In this document: piece after piece, positions 1 through 13,100 of the stretch
Position numbering within the stretch: the first letter of the stretch is position 1
Layout of the letters: the number at the start of each line of letters is the position of its first letter
Position numbers and translations under genes: made by a program
Notes under the pieces: generated by a model
What the model saw: the letters and a program-made list of their open reading frames with translations, nothing else
Told to the model about the DNA's origin: nothing
The model's database searches: none
NCBI RefSeq assembly: GCF_964188315.1
Contig: NC_135668.1
Span: 30,256,001-30,320,000 of the forward strand
From: Podarcis muralis
Lineage: Eukaryota
Length of the DNA: 64,000 nucleotides
Direction: 5' to 3'

Positions 1-58
1 GTCTCTCCTCTGGCCCCTTGGCACCCGCTGGCCAGAGCTATGGACAAGAGGAGTAGCT

Positions 59-148
59 CATAGCTGTCAACGTTTTCCTTTTTTTAAGGGAAATTCCCTT
101 ATCCCGAATAGGATTCCTCGCAAGAAAAGGGAAAAGTTGACAGCTATG
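59..148. mobile_element. 90-bp MITE with terminal inverted repeats and a perfect 9-bp target-site duplication
   Basis: TIR CATAGCTGTCAAC...GTTGACAGCTATG, with GGAGTAGCT at 50-58 and 149-157. Confidence 0.85.
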
Positions 149-270
149 GGAGTAGCTGCAGAGGCAAGGGGGCGTCATCTGGTTCTGTAGCCTCTGCTAC
201 CAGAGGCCCCCATGGGAGGGAGCCCGCAGGCAGGGCCAGAACAGCCCCTTCCCCTCCTGGCCATCTAAGA

Positions 271-600
271 GCATAAGGAGAGCCTGCTGGATCAGGCCCG
301 TGGACCATCTAGTTCAGCATTCTGTTCTCACAGTGGCTGACTAGATTCTCCCAATGGGAACACCTCAAGCAGGATCCTAGCATTCTAGCAAATCTCCCCT
401 CCTGCAGTTTTCAGCAGTTTCTGCCTTTAGCCATGGAGGCAGAGTGTAGCGATCAATAATAGCCATCGACCACCGTGAGTTTATCTAATGTTCCTTGAAA
501 GCCATCCGAGTTGGTATCCATCACTGCCACTCCTATTGGAGTGAGTTCCACAGCTGTGTGAAGAAGGACTTCCTTTTATTTGTCTTGAATCTTCCATGTG
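271..600 (-). mobile_element. CR1-type LINE 3' end fragment; related copies near 5575-5670, 7925-8165, 22360-22570, 55680-55720 and 61895-62000
   Basis: The block gagcctgctggatcaggcc...ccatctagtccagcat...cacagtggcc recurs across the window in both orientations. The family assignment is from recall. Confidence 0.7.
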
Positions 601-1049
601 CTTCCTTGGGGGTTGGTGAGAGTTGCCTTGAGCTGAGTCAATTTGACCTTTAGCCCAGCCTTGACTGCTGGCAGGGCCAAAGAGCCTCCTCCAGAGTGTG
701 CAATGGACTGCAACACGAGTCATGGAAAATCTGATTGGGTGGGCTGCAGGGCCATTGGAAGCTTCAGTCCAAGGCGGTGGCGGTGTGGCCACGTGACTTT
801 GGAACCCTCAGAAGTAGATGAGGGCTGTTTGGCTCTCTGTCCTGTTTGGGTGTGGACTCCATTTAGTGAAGGGAGTCCTTAATGCATCCTCTGGCACTTC
901 TTCCCAGAAGAGAGGTCTGCCAGGCCTGCTTTGTGGGAGCCTTAGTGGTGATGGTGAAAACTTCTCCTTTTCCAACATGTTATCATTTTGTACACTGGAA
1001 TTTACTCTGTTGCATCTATTAGTTTTTAGATTTTAGACACAATCCTATA

Positions 1050-1288
1050 CAGTGGACGTTCGGGTTGCGAACGTGATCTGTGCGGGATGCACGTTCGCAA
1101 CCTGAAGTGGCACGTCTGCGCACGTGCGGGTTGCGATTCGACGTTCATGCGCAAAGCACAATTTAGCGCTTCTGTGCATGTGTGACCCCTGAAACCCGAA
1201 AGTAACCCGTTCCGGTACTTCCGGGTTTCGGCAGGTCCGTAACCCGAAAAAATGCAACCTGTAGCGCCTGTAACCCAAGGTATGACTG
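1050..1288. mobile_element. Tc1/mariner-pogo(Tigger)-like MITE
   Basis: TA-flanked CAGTGG...TATGACTG ends and no ORF. Confidence 0.65.
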
Positions 1289-2257
1289 TACTCGAATTCT
1301 GACAGTTTGTGAGCTACAGCAAAGGCACCTCTGTGTTAGTGTAACTTAAGATACCTTACATCTCCATCACTTCATACAGAGACAGGAAACTTGTGGCCCT
1401 GCAGATGTTGCTAGACTCCAGCTCCCATCACCCCTGATTGTTGGACATGCTAGCTTGAGCTGTTGGGAGTTAAACTGGAGGGTCTCAGGTGCTTTGTCCC
1501 AAACAAGCTATGCCACTACAACGCTGCAGTGCAACTCTGCTGATACAAAATCTTATGCCACTTAAATCTCCATTCAGGTTTCCCACATCAGAGTGGGTGG
1601 CTTATGTTAAAAGGCATCCGTTGAGCAGAGTGGTGTATTGGTCTAGAGTTGGAGTCAGAGATCCTTTCCTATTTCTGCAGCAGAGTAGCTGCCATCTTCA
1701 GCCTCCTAGAGCTGCCCCTTCAGCTCCAAAGGGGAGCTTTTCAGCTACTGTGTGCTCCAAAGTCAAGGGCAGAGGAACACTGAAAAGACAAGCCAGGCTT
1801 CCATTTCAAGAGAACAGGCTGCAAGTTCTGTTATGCGCAAGGGATCTTCACAGGAAGCACAACTTAAAACACACCAAAGGAATGTACTGAAGTACTTCAA
1901 GGCATTTGCCCATGTACGTGCACAGAAAATAGTAGATTTATCTGGGAAGCAGCACATGGAAATCTGCACTGGTTGTTGCAATGCATTCCTCATTACTGCA
2001 TAATCGTAGGATTATTTTCTAATCTTGGAAGGGGCATGACTGTCATGATCATGAAGGGACCCTGCACTTCTGAATTTGCCCCCCCCCCAACCACTGACTG
2101 AACACAACAGAAAGCAAACACAACTAAGTACTGGACCCACCTCTTCCCCACTCCATGCCCAGGCCATCACAATAGACAAACTCTGCACCCAATCACAGGG
2201 CACCAACTGTGTTAAATAACTCCCCCCTCTCCAGCCCACTACTCAGAGGGCAGGGCA

Positions 2258-2310
2258 TGTATCACCTGAGTCAGTTGTATCACCTGAGTAGTTGTATCAC
2301 CTGAGTCAGT
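2258..2310 (+). repeat. Tandem repeat of 18 bp x3 (TGTATCACCTGAGTCAGT)
   Basis: Units at 2258, 2276 (1-nt deletion) and 2293. Confidence 0.9.
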
Positions 2311-2810
2311 TTTTAAGATCTTCTGAAGAGACCTGCTGGTTGCTCTGTGAGGGGCATATTGCTGACACCATGGAAACAGGCTTTCTTCTGATAACCCCCA
2401 CTGTGCGCACAACTCGTGAGGTGGAGAATTGGAGACAGCCATGACCCTTAAATGCTTCTTAAAAACATGTATGTTTACTCAAGTTTTCCCAGATTCCAAC
2501 TCTTCAATTTCTTTGCTTTGCACACTGATTGGTTTTGTAGGGTGCATATTTTTTTCCTGGGTTTTTAAGGACTCTCTTTGGATGCTGTAGTTTGCATTTT
2601 TATGGTTTTCAAATGTAAGCTGCTTAGATTTGTCCTGCTAAGCAGTATACAATGTTTATAACATACATAATGGAGATGGGGTATTTTTTTTACAGAAAGT
2701 GGCACACTTTACCCAAGGTGCTTGAGGGCATTGCTGATTTGGACTCCTGGCATTTGGAGCAGCTTCCCCTAAATCTAGGCAGAATAGAAAGGGTGAGTCC
2801 TTCTTAGGGG

Positions 2811-2950
2811 CATGGACATAACCAGGATTTATGTTTGGGGGGGCAGGCTTCATGGGGGGGGGAGCAGAACCTCCATTAGTTAAGTATTTTTATTGATTTA
2901 CTTGATTTAGGGGGGCATCTTACCCCTGCCCCCCCTTGGTTATGCCCATG
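2811..2950. mobile_element. hAT-like MITE
   Basis: TIR CATGGACATAACCA / TGGTTATGCCCATG, with a degenerate 8-bp flank repeat (cttagggg / ctcaaggg). Confidence 0.6.
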
Positions 2951-4169
2951 CTCAAGGGGTCTGGGAGTTGACACCCACATGGGACGAGGGGCTTTCTGCA
3001 GAGCTGAGCTGCCTTCTAAAGGGGATTCCCAAGGGGCTGGAACTAGCACTGGTCTCTGGGATGACTGGCCTTTGGCTGACTCTGAATCAGCACAGGGCCT
3101 TGGAGCTCAGGAAAAGAAGTTCCAGCTTCTTCCTCTTTCTCTAGATCACAGGCAACTTTCCTCCTCCTCCTCCTCCTCGAGTGACAGGCCCCATACTGCT
3201 TGCATACCCAAGGCATCAATAATGGATCAAGCCCCCATTGTTCCCCTTGATGTGTCAGGATGGTGGGGCCAGCCTCAGGTTACCAGGGAGGGAGGGAGAG
3301 GGCAGGGTAGCTGCACCTGGCAAGCTAAATAGGCACATTGGTTTCATGGAGCTCCTTCCTGTGGGGCTTCTCTTGCACCAGAAGGTTTGGGTCACCTCCC
3401 ATAGACCTCTAGAGACAGCAGAAGCCTGGGCTCACACTTGTGGGCATGAAGCATCCTATAGCTCTGATCTCACAGCCTGGCACCCTTGAACCATCTCGAT
3501 TCCCACTGTTACTTTCTGGGTTTATCAAAGAGAGCGCCCCAGTGGCCTCTAGGCCTCCTCATCTTGAAGGACTCCATAGTTTGTCATAGCATGGAAGGGG
3601 GGCAGAGTTGCTGCCTAAGAAGAAGAAAGAGGTATCTGAGGAAGCAGAAAGCAGATCCAGGGGCTGGGGCAGCTTGTATGCCAGAGCAGAGAGACAGCAT
3701 TCTGCCCTCTTATGCAAAGGGTAAGATGGAGCATCCGCTCTCCCCAATTCCACATGGAGCAGCTGATCAGGTTGGCAGACGGGTCTCATTCCCAGCCAGG
3801 TGATGGGATTGCAGAGTCTCCTTGTCTCTCAGTGCACAAAGGGGCACTGGGCACCTTTGTGGGTACAGGTCAGATGGCAGGGCTCCATCCCCCAGCATGG
3901 GCGACTTCCCTCTAGGGGCTAAGGGTAGGGAGCCCTAGCTCCTTGCCAGCCTGTGGGGGTTTTGTTGCCCCCGTGGCCGGACCCTCCTCTCCTGCATGTC
4001 AGGCTGGGCTCCTTTCCTTCCTGGATGTAACTAATGCTCTGGACAGCAGAAAGGGATCGGCTCTGCAGGACCAGCTCCACATCTCCAGTGTCATCTCCTA
4101 TTTCAAGCCTCTCGGAGCAGCCGCCTTTTCCCTGGGCCCAGCCGCTGTGCGCATGGGACGGGTGCCAAC

Positions 4170-7100
4170 ATGGCCCCTTTCTTCTGGGGCCTCTGGGGGC
4201 TCTTCTTGCTGACGCATCCTCTGCCAGGTACAGGGGCGTAGCAGGGAGGGGAGTCGAGGGTCTGTGTGTGGGCATGCAAGTGGCCTCCTGCATTTGGCTG
4301 TGGCCAGTGACCCCTGTCCCCTTTCTCCCAGCAGGGGCAGCGGGGGAGCCAAGCAGAAACCTGCGACAGGGTTTGGCAGGGCTATTGACACCTCCCGGAG
4401 AGCAGCGCCAAGGGGGCTCTATTTCTCCCGGGCCCAGCCCAGGCTCGGCACATCAGCAGCACATGCACCCCCTTCTCCTCAGCCTGGAGTCCCTGTGGGG
4501 CAGGCAGCCTCCCTCTCCCCAGGCCCGGAGCCCTGAATCCCGCCTGTCCAGCTTCCTCCGCAACATCTCTCTGTACCTCCAGGGCGAGGAGGAGCAGGAA
4601 GCCCCGGAGTCCTGGGAGAGCCTCCTGCTGCCACTGCTGCTGCCACCACCCAATGCCGAGAAGCCGCTCTCACCAGCAGCCTCTGGACGCCGGCTCCTCC
4701 AGGACATCCTCTTTTCCTGGCAGCGAGGCAGCTGGCATCGGGATGGGTGGCTGAGCTTTGCCCAGGACTTGCTGAGCCTGCTCCTCAGTTGGGCCCAGGA
4801 CCCCCCTCAGCACCTCCATGGGCAGCAGGGCTGGGAGGTTCTCAGCAGCCTGATGGAAGCCCTGGGCCAGGCCGTCCTCTCTGGGTTGCTTGGCCCACAG
4901 GGGTCCCTTTGCCCCCCAACAGGGCAGAGTGGGTGCCAAGCGAATGCCAGTTGGCTGGGGCAAATACTCAGGCTCTTTGAGGGCACTGGCTGGACAGCCA
5001 TCCTGCACATTCACCCAGGAGGCTTCGCCCCCACCGATGGCCAGCTGAAGCCCTTTGGCCTGGTGCCCGCGACCCCCCGAGAGCTGCCCCCTGCCAACCG
5101 CAGTGCCCCCAGCCTCCCAAAGACCCTCTACCGGACAGAGCAGCCAGGCACGGGTGGGAAAGTGCAGGAATCGGCAGGAGGCTCCGAGGGCAACATCTTG
5201 TGGGAGACGCTGGAGGAGCTGAGGCAGACACTGTGGCAAAGGGCAGGCCCCACCCTCGTCACCAGCTTCCGAAGGAGGGTCTTGCATGTGACGGGCCTGC
5301 TGGCAGCTGAGGCTTCAGAGGCAGTGGGGGTCCCCCAGCCTGACCCAGATGGGAAGTGCTCCGTAGGTAGGTGGGCGGGTGAATGAGTGGGGCTGCAAGC
5401 CATGGTAGGGAGGGCACAAAGGGAGGGAGAGATGGGCAAGGCCTCCTAGGGGGCCACAACCCTAACTACTCCTCTTCTCTGTCCCTAGGAAGCCTGCAGC
5501 AGCTGCTGCTGTGGTAAGTGGTTGTGGGGACAGCTTCTGAATACCAGCTGCTGGAAGCCGCAGGAGGGGGAGAGTGTTGCTTTTGTGTTCGAATCCTGCT
5601 TACTGGTTTCCCACAGGCATCTGGTTGGCCATTGTGAGAGCAGGATGTTGGATCTTTCTCTTGATGCAACAGGCCCTTCTTAAATGTCCTGGAAGGGGGT
5701 GACCAGCCTCCTTTCCCTGGACTGGGTGGTGGTGATGCTGTTCTTGTTGTTACTCTTGGGCTGAGTTTCATCGTTCCTTAGGCAAAGGGTGGCAAGGCCA
5801 TGGGGTATGACATGGCATGGAGTTATATCCAGAAGGGGTGGTAGTGCTGCCAGGGCAGTGACCTGGGCAGAGGGCCATTTGTGGCAGGACCCTGGGGGCA
5901 TTTTTAGGGAAGTTTTTAAAGATTTAATGCTGTATTGTTTTTAACACTTGATTAGGAGCCGCCCAGAGTGGCTCGGGAAACTCAGCCAGATGGGCGGGGA
6001 GTAAATAATAAATTATGATGATGATGATGGTGGTGGTGGTGGCTGCTGGCTTGCCCTGCTGGTCCCCGCTGAGTGACCTCTGGTATGGCACTGAGTCACC
6101 TTGTGCCTGGTAAGTGGTGGACCCTCTTCTTCTCTGCTGTTCGCAGGGGAATCAGACACAACATCAGCTGGGACACCCTGCGTGTGGAATTGGCCTCCAG
6201 GGCCTCCTTCCCATGGCCTCCCGCGGTGCCCAGTTGCTTGCTGCCTGCCGGGGGAGGGCACAGGGTGAGCGAGACCCTCCCTCCAGCCCCCCGGAGAGCA
6301 TTTGCTGAGCCCCCCTCCCAGGCAGAGGTCCTGGAGGCCGCCTGCAACGAGAGCATCCCCGGTTTGCCAGGAATCTCCAACTTCACCATCTACTTGTATT
6401 GCACCCTCTTCAACGGCTCCAAAGAGCCCCACCGGCCCCCGCTGGACCTGGAGGCCTTGTGTTCCAGCACCACCTGGTACTTCTCCTCCATTGAGGGTGA
6501 CCCGGTCTGGATACGAGCCTGCAAGGAGTACTTCCCCCAGCAGTTCAACAGCACAGTGTGTGGCAATGTCTCTGTCCTCTTGCACCTTGGGCCCCACCAG
6601 GAGCTGGTGGAGGAGCTCTGTGCCAACCTCTCCATGCCCTTCCGGCCCAACCGTTGCTCAGAGGCTCTGAGCAGGCCTCTGCTGGGCCAGGAAGACTTCT
6701 GGACCTGCCTCTCCCTGGAGAACCAGACCCTCTGGACCCAAAACCTCTGCAGCAGCAGCCTGCGGGAAGTCTCTGATGCCACCAGGCAGTGGCTGGGCAC
6801 CCTCTGCCACAGCCCGCTGGCCCAAGGGGCTGGGCTGAATGCCTCTCTGCGCCAGAGCACGGAAGCAGCAGGGTGTGGCGCCAGGGCCTGGAGCCCCCAA
6901 GCGCTGCATAACACCAGCTTCCTAGCTCAGTGTGGGGATGCCCACCTGCAGAGCTTCCAGGAGCTTGTGTGCAGCAACAAGTCTCTACTGGAAGCCCTGC
7001 AGCTGGCCCACCCCTGGGTGCGGGTTCACTGCTTGGCTGTTGAGCAGGATAGGAGCTGCTCCCTCCTGTGGCTCCCAGGGGTGCTGCCACTGCCCCCGCA

Positions 7101-10100
7101 GCTCTGCCAGGATACGCCGGCCTTCCTGACAGCACTGGTATCCCAGTTGGCCCGGTGCAAAGAGCCTCCCCACTCTTCTTCCCAGTGGGTTCCCAGTGCC
7201 GGCTACCTGTTGCGGCTGCTGGACTTCCTGCTGGCTTCTCCTGCCCTTGGCGAAGTGGGGCAAGAGGGAGCCAGGCAGCAGCTGGGCCAGGCTCTCCTGC
7301 TCTCCAGCCTCCTGGCCAACAGCTCCTTTGGGACTTCTCTCCAAGCCAACTTCTCCCTGAGCATCCTGGAGGATGTGAGCCAGTTCCTGCAGGAAGGCGA
7401 GCTGGATCAGGCCACCAAGGAAGACCTGCTTAACTGCTTTGGGGTGGGTGATGCTCTGGGGACAGGAGGAGGGTTGGGAGGCTACTGCCAATAGCCACAT
7501 GGGGAATGCCTGATAGGAATGTGTCCCCACCCTAGGGGAACACACTGGGGAAGCCCAAGAAGGGGGTCTACCCTCTGGGCTGCATGAATGGATTTAGACA
7601 TGAGGAGAGGATATATTGTTTAGTTATTACCATTCATAACTCATGTGAGTCAGATCACGGGTTCAGTCCCTTCCTCTTCCAGGACAGAATCATAGAATTG
7701 TAAAAAATCTGAAGGGTCACCTAGCCCAACCCCCTGAAAAACCATCAAGAAATACTAAAATGTACTTATTTTTCCCCATTGAGGGAACATTTCGTGGACC
7801 ACATACAATCACTGCAAACTATATCAAGCACTCTGCTCCTTCTCTGTTCAGCATACAATGGAAAACAAGGTTTAACACTTTTTCCCATGGTACATCTTAC
7901 ACATCTGTCTCACTCTCACCTACCAACCTAGATGGCTTTAAAAGAGCATTAGACCAGTTCATGGGAGGAGAGGCCTGTCGATGGCTACTGGCCACGAGGA
8001 CTAAGGCAATGATGCTTCTGAATCCCAGTTTCTGGAAACTGCAGGAGGAGAGAGGGCTCTTGTGCTCAGGTCCCGCTTGTGGGTTTCCCCTTGGGGCATC
8101 TGGGTGGCTACTGTGAGAACAGGATGCTGGCCTAGAGAAACCCCTTTTGGTCTGATCCAGTTCTTCTCTCTCCTCCTTGCAGCCTTTGCTCTGGAATCTG
8201 CTGGAGAGGGAGGAGAACATCTCAGCTCTGGAGTTCTTCATGCAGGTACCTTCCCTCCATCCCAGTCTCCAGTCCTGTTGGTCCTGAAGCCACTTGACTC
8301 CTTCCTTGGCCCAATACTGGCCCCTGGAGCAAAGCTGCAGCTCTCCTCCTCCTCTTCCTCCTCCAACCCCAAGGCTGACCTCTCCCCCTTTCCCCTCCTT
8401 CCTGTCCAAGGCGCCTCCCTGCACCATCTTTCAGGCTCCCTTGTGGCAGCTCCAGCGGGGCAGGGAAGGGAGTGGCGCTGCTGTTGCTGCCTTGCCTCCT
8501 CCCCCCCTCCTACTTTTCCAGGAATACCTGCAGATGCCCCATAAGGTTGTCCAGAGGCTGCTGTGGTCAGCAGAAGGTGAGACCATCCAGAGGTTCCTGG
8601 CCCTGCTGCACCGCTCCTGGGATCACCTGCAGATGAAGGTAGGTCTGTGGCAGAAGGGCTGGCCTTGATTAGGTGTGCAGCACCTGTGGAGCCTTGACAT
8701 GCCCACCAGGCTCCATATGGAAAGGGGGGTATTTGTTTAATGTAGGTGCTGGTTGGCAGCTCCAAACCTCAGCTCCTGGAGAGTCCCAGGTGGAGGACAG
8801 CTACCCTGTGAACCCCTCCAAGGGGACTCCCTTTCCCTCTGCTTCCCTCCACCAGGTGCCTCCGTGGGACGAGCGGGCAGTGGAGTCACTGGCTGCCCAG
8901 CTCCTGAGCAAGTTCCCTCAGCCATCCCCACAACTCTTCCTCCACCTCTCTCACTTTGTCCCTTTCATGGCTGCCTCGGACATCCTGCGCTTGCCACCCG
9001 CTCTGCTGGCCAACGATAGCGTGTGAGTGGTCCCCCCAGGCGCCTGCATGGCTTTTCCCAAGCCTTCCTGGGGTGTCTTTCCCCAAACCACCTCCAGAGC
9101 CCTCAGGTCCTCCCTGCCCAGTTGAACCCCTCTGAGTTTACCTCCAGGTCCTAATTAAGGTGGGGTTAGTCCCCAAACCCAATTTCAGTCTAGTGGCAGG
9201 AAACCTTCAGGAAAGATGGTGCCTGAGCATTTATTTATTAAATTTGTCAGTCGCTTTATCATGCCCAGGGCAACCCAAAGTGACTTACTACCCAGCAAAT
9301 AGACAATAAATCCCACAGAGATACATTAAAACCAAGAGGAAGGAGAAATACATTAGAAACATCCCACCTACTTCTAAAAGGTCACAGAGAGCTCAAGGCC
9401 AAATGCCTGGTTATAGAGGAAAGTTTTTGCCTGGTGCCTAAAGATAAATGATGATGGTGCTAGGCGAGTCTTCCTGGGGAGAGCATTCCACAAATGGGGA
9501 GCCACTGCAGGAAAGGCCTGTTCTCATGTTGCTACCCTCTGGACCTCTTGTGGAGGGGTGGTCAGAATAGAATGTCCTTTCTGTCACTTCTGAATAGCCA
9601 CAACCAGCCCCTCTTACTGCAGGGAGGGTCTGGGCCCTCTCATTTCACCTGAAGCATTGCTTATGTTGGTCTTCTTAGGCTGTGCCCATCCCCCTGGCCT
9701 CATGCCTGGCATTGGGCCAGGTAGTCCTTCACTCAGCATGCTGTCTGTGTGCCTGTAGTTTTCTCAGGTGAGGGGTGGGGGAACTTCTCTTTCTAACGTG
9801 GCCTCTTTCTTCTCCTCTCCAACCCTCAGCTTGGCCATCATTAGCAGCCAAAGTGCCCGGATGACGCTGGCACAAAAGCGAGCCCTAGTGCAGCGTCTCC
9901 TGCAGGCCGAGCACCTCCTAGGCGAAGTCCCTTCCTGGCCCCTGGAGTTCCTTCACAGCCTCCAGCCTCTCCTTCCTCACCTGCCGCTTGGCCACTTCCT
10001 TCAGCTAACACCGCAGCAGGTGAGACCAGGGTGCAGAGGCTGAGAGCAGCTGGGGTGGGTGTCCTTCAGTTGCCCCTGGAAAGCTGGGCAAGCTCTCTGC

Positions 10101-13100
10101 TGCCTCTGTGGGGATAAACCCTTTGTGAGAAGGTGCAGTCCCTGCCTCCAGCCCCCTCCCCACAGGACTGGAAGCTGGTGGTGCACCCTCTGGAACCCCT
10201 GGAGGGCTGAGCATGCCCCAGAGTACCCGCTTATGCCAGGGATGGTGCTTCCATAAAACAATAGAATTGTAGAGTTAGAAGGTTGGTCATGTTGTCCAAC
10301 CCCTGCAATGCAGTCCATTCCACTGTCAAACAACGCTTAAATGTTGGTGTGTCCCTCCAGATCCAGAGCTTGGTGAATGGCTGGCAGGAGGCTGAGCTGG
10401 GCCTGGCTCAAGGGCGCCATGTAGCACGTAGTTTGCTCAACGGGAGCCATGAGAGCACCGAGGAGCAGATGTGCAGGTGAGCAGTAGGGAGGCAGGCTTG
10501 GGAGCAAACTGACCTGGGTGATTTTGTGTCCCAGGGTATCCCACTTATTGCTGGGTGCAGCTGTTCAAGGCAGGAGTTCACAGGGGAAGAGATTTCCTCC
10601 CAAGGCAACACTCCACATGGCTTTGGGTCCAAGGGAGAGCAAGGTTTGCTGTGTTCAAGAGACAAGCCAAAGGCGACCCCGGGGACATCATTGTTGCTAG
10701 ATCAGACAGGAGTTATGTCCCCAAAGTATTTCCTGGCAAAGATGCGTCATGGCAGCAGGAGTTGAGGAACCCCAGATGGAAGGCTATTTGTCCACATGGT
10801 TCTCTTTCAAAGTCTATGGACACATGGGGTATACAGAACATGTGAACTTCAGAAGGGCCCTGTAGCAGCAGCTGGGTCAGGCTGAAGGGGTCCATCTGGT
10901 CCGGCATCCTTTTCTCACAGTGGCCAGGCAGATGCCTCAGTGGGAAGCCCAAAAGCAGGAGCTAATGGCGACAGGAACTCTCCCCAACTTGATTCCTATG
11001 AACTGGACCTTTCTTGAAAGAGCAAAAGTTCTTCAGAGAGGGAGGAGCATCACCTTTTGCGTATCTGGAGCAAAAACCGGCCAGAAGCATCAGAGTTTGT
11101 GGTCTAAAACAGCAGGCAGGCTTACATGGGGTGTGGCTAGCACCAAGTGAGCAAGTCTGCCTGTGCCCCCTCCCCCATCCTCACAGGCTCGGGGCTCTCA
11201 CCTGCTTCCTCAGCATCGGGGACTTGCGTCTGATCTCCCCCTTGCAAGATCTGTGGGGGCCGATCGAGAAGCACCTCCTGGAGTGTGTGGCCAGAGGGGT
11301 GGTGGACCCTCATGGGCAGGTGAGTGGTGAAGAGGACCAGGCTCTCTTGGGCACAGCAGAGCCTAGCCTAGGGCCAGCACTGCTGAGGACTTTTCTCCCC
11401 ACTGTCCCTCAGCCTCCTTCTGGGGGCAAGCTACTGTTCACAGAGATCCAGCTCTGGTGATGCTCTCCCAACTGGAAGCAAACCTGCAGAACCCTCCTCT
11501 GCTCCAGGACTGAAGCCTCCTTTACCAAAGCTGGCTCCTTTCCCTGGTTGGGCCACCACCTCATCTGACTTGCCATTGCCTTCTCCTTCTTCTTCCTCTC
11601 CTCCTCCTCCTTCTCCTCCTCCTCCTTCTTCCAGCTGGCCCATGCCCTGGCAGAGCTCCTGCCTTCCTCAGTGGGCTCCCACGAGCTGCAATCCTGGCGG
11701 GGTCTTGTGCCAGCCATGGGGGTGGAGTTCCTGCGGGGCCTGTCAGAGTCTCAGGTAGGGGCTATCCTCCCAGAGCTGCAAGCAGCACAGCTTAGCCGTG
11801 CCCAGGTGAGTCATCCTGAGGGTATGCCCTGCATCTGCTGTGGGGGTGGGTTGGTGTTAGGCAAATTTGAGCCTTTCCTCTCCAGAGCTGGGGGCAGCAG
11901 CAGCCTGCCTAGGTCAGTCCCACCAACTCCCTGTCATGGGGATGGGCTAGGGCTTCCACTTCCTTATGCTCAGGCAGCTTCCTTATTTGTTGGGGTTTTT
12001 TAAAGCCACCTTCTAAATATAAAACAATGGTTATCAATAAGAAAAATTAGCAACAATAAAATTAAACTTTCAAAAAGTTACAATAGCAAAAAAACCTGAA
12101 AGCAGATTTAGGGGCGGATCTATCCTCATGCTTTATAACATTAAAAATGTCTTATTAAAGTGTGACACCAGAGGGCACTGCAGAGCAGCGAGCCACCAGC
12201 CATGGGAAACTGCATTAAACGTTACAGAACATTACGTATATTTAATAATGTTTAAAAGGTCGATGTAGATCCAGCCTAAAACTCAATCAACTTTCTAAGC
12301 ATCTGGGTGGGCTTATATAAATAAGAATGTTTTTAGCAGACACTGAAAATAGTACAAGGAAGGAGCCTGCCAGGTATCAATAGGCAGGGAGTTCCAAAGT
12401 GGAGGTGCTGCCACACTGAGAGATCCTTCTTCCCTTCAGGCTCTGCTGCTGCTCTCGCAGGCCCTGCGGATGGAGAATGTGAGTATCACCCAGAAGGTGA
12501 AGCTCAGAGGTGGATGTGGAGGTCTGGGGCAGAGACCTCCTTGTTTGATCTGGTCCAGACGGCAGGGACAGGTCAGCAGTTGGCAGGCCCACAGCTCTGA
12601 AGATAGCAGACCCCAGCTTGGCTTGGAGAATCTGCCACCTCACCTGCCACCTCACTCTTCTTCAGGAAAGAAGAGCTGAAAAGAACTACTGAGAAATAAA
12701 GTCTAGTCTGGGGCGGGAGGAGCTCCCTGGGAATCTTGCCTCTATTATGTAAACCTGCAAGCTACAGACATGCTTGTTCAATCCAAAATGGAAAGCAAAG
12801 CATCTCCCTGTCTGCTGATACTGTTGGGCAGGGGGATCCAAAGCCCCACCAGTACCACCACTCTACCCCTTGGTTGCCAGTGATAGGATCTGTGGCCTCC
12901 CTCCCACCCTGCCTTCTGTCTCTGCAGGTGACGCTGAGTGGGGCTGAGCCTCTCTGCTCCCTCCTCGCTGGCCTGGGTCCCCAATCTCTGGAGGTGGCAG
13001 TGGCTGCTGTCTTGGCCAGAGGCTGTGCATGTGTGGGCCCCACTCTGCCCCATCTCTCAGGAGCTCAAAAGGCAGGTCTGCTTCAAGCTCTGCAGGTATT

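Noticed and set aside
3700-3900. CAGCTG and CAGATG E-boxes as ATOH1 sites for STRC
   Set aside because: Hexamers are common and the flanks do not fit the extended ATOH1 motif, so this is unsupported without chromatin data.
3943-4152. ORF 3943-4212 with a segment (GLLSFLDVTNALDS) faintly like the human STRC N-terminus
   Set aside because: It has no usable donor into exon 2 and is out of frame with the signal-peptide exon at 4170. Only its last 19 codons are kept, as a possible uORF.
4670-7545. Long antisense and alternative-frame ORFs over STRC exons 2 and 4
   Set aside because: These are shadows of GC-rich coding sequence with no recognisable domain.
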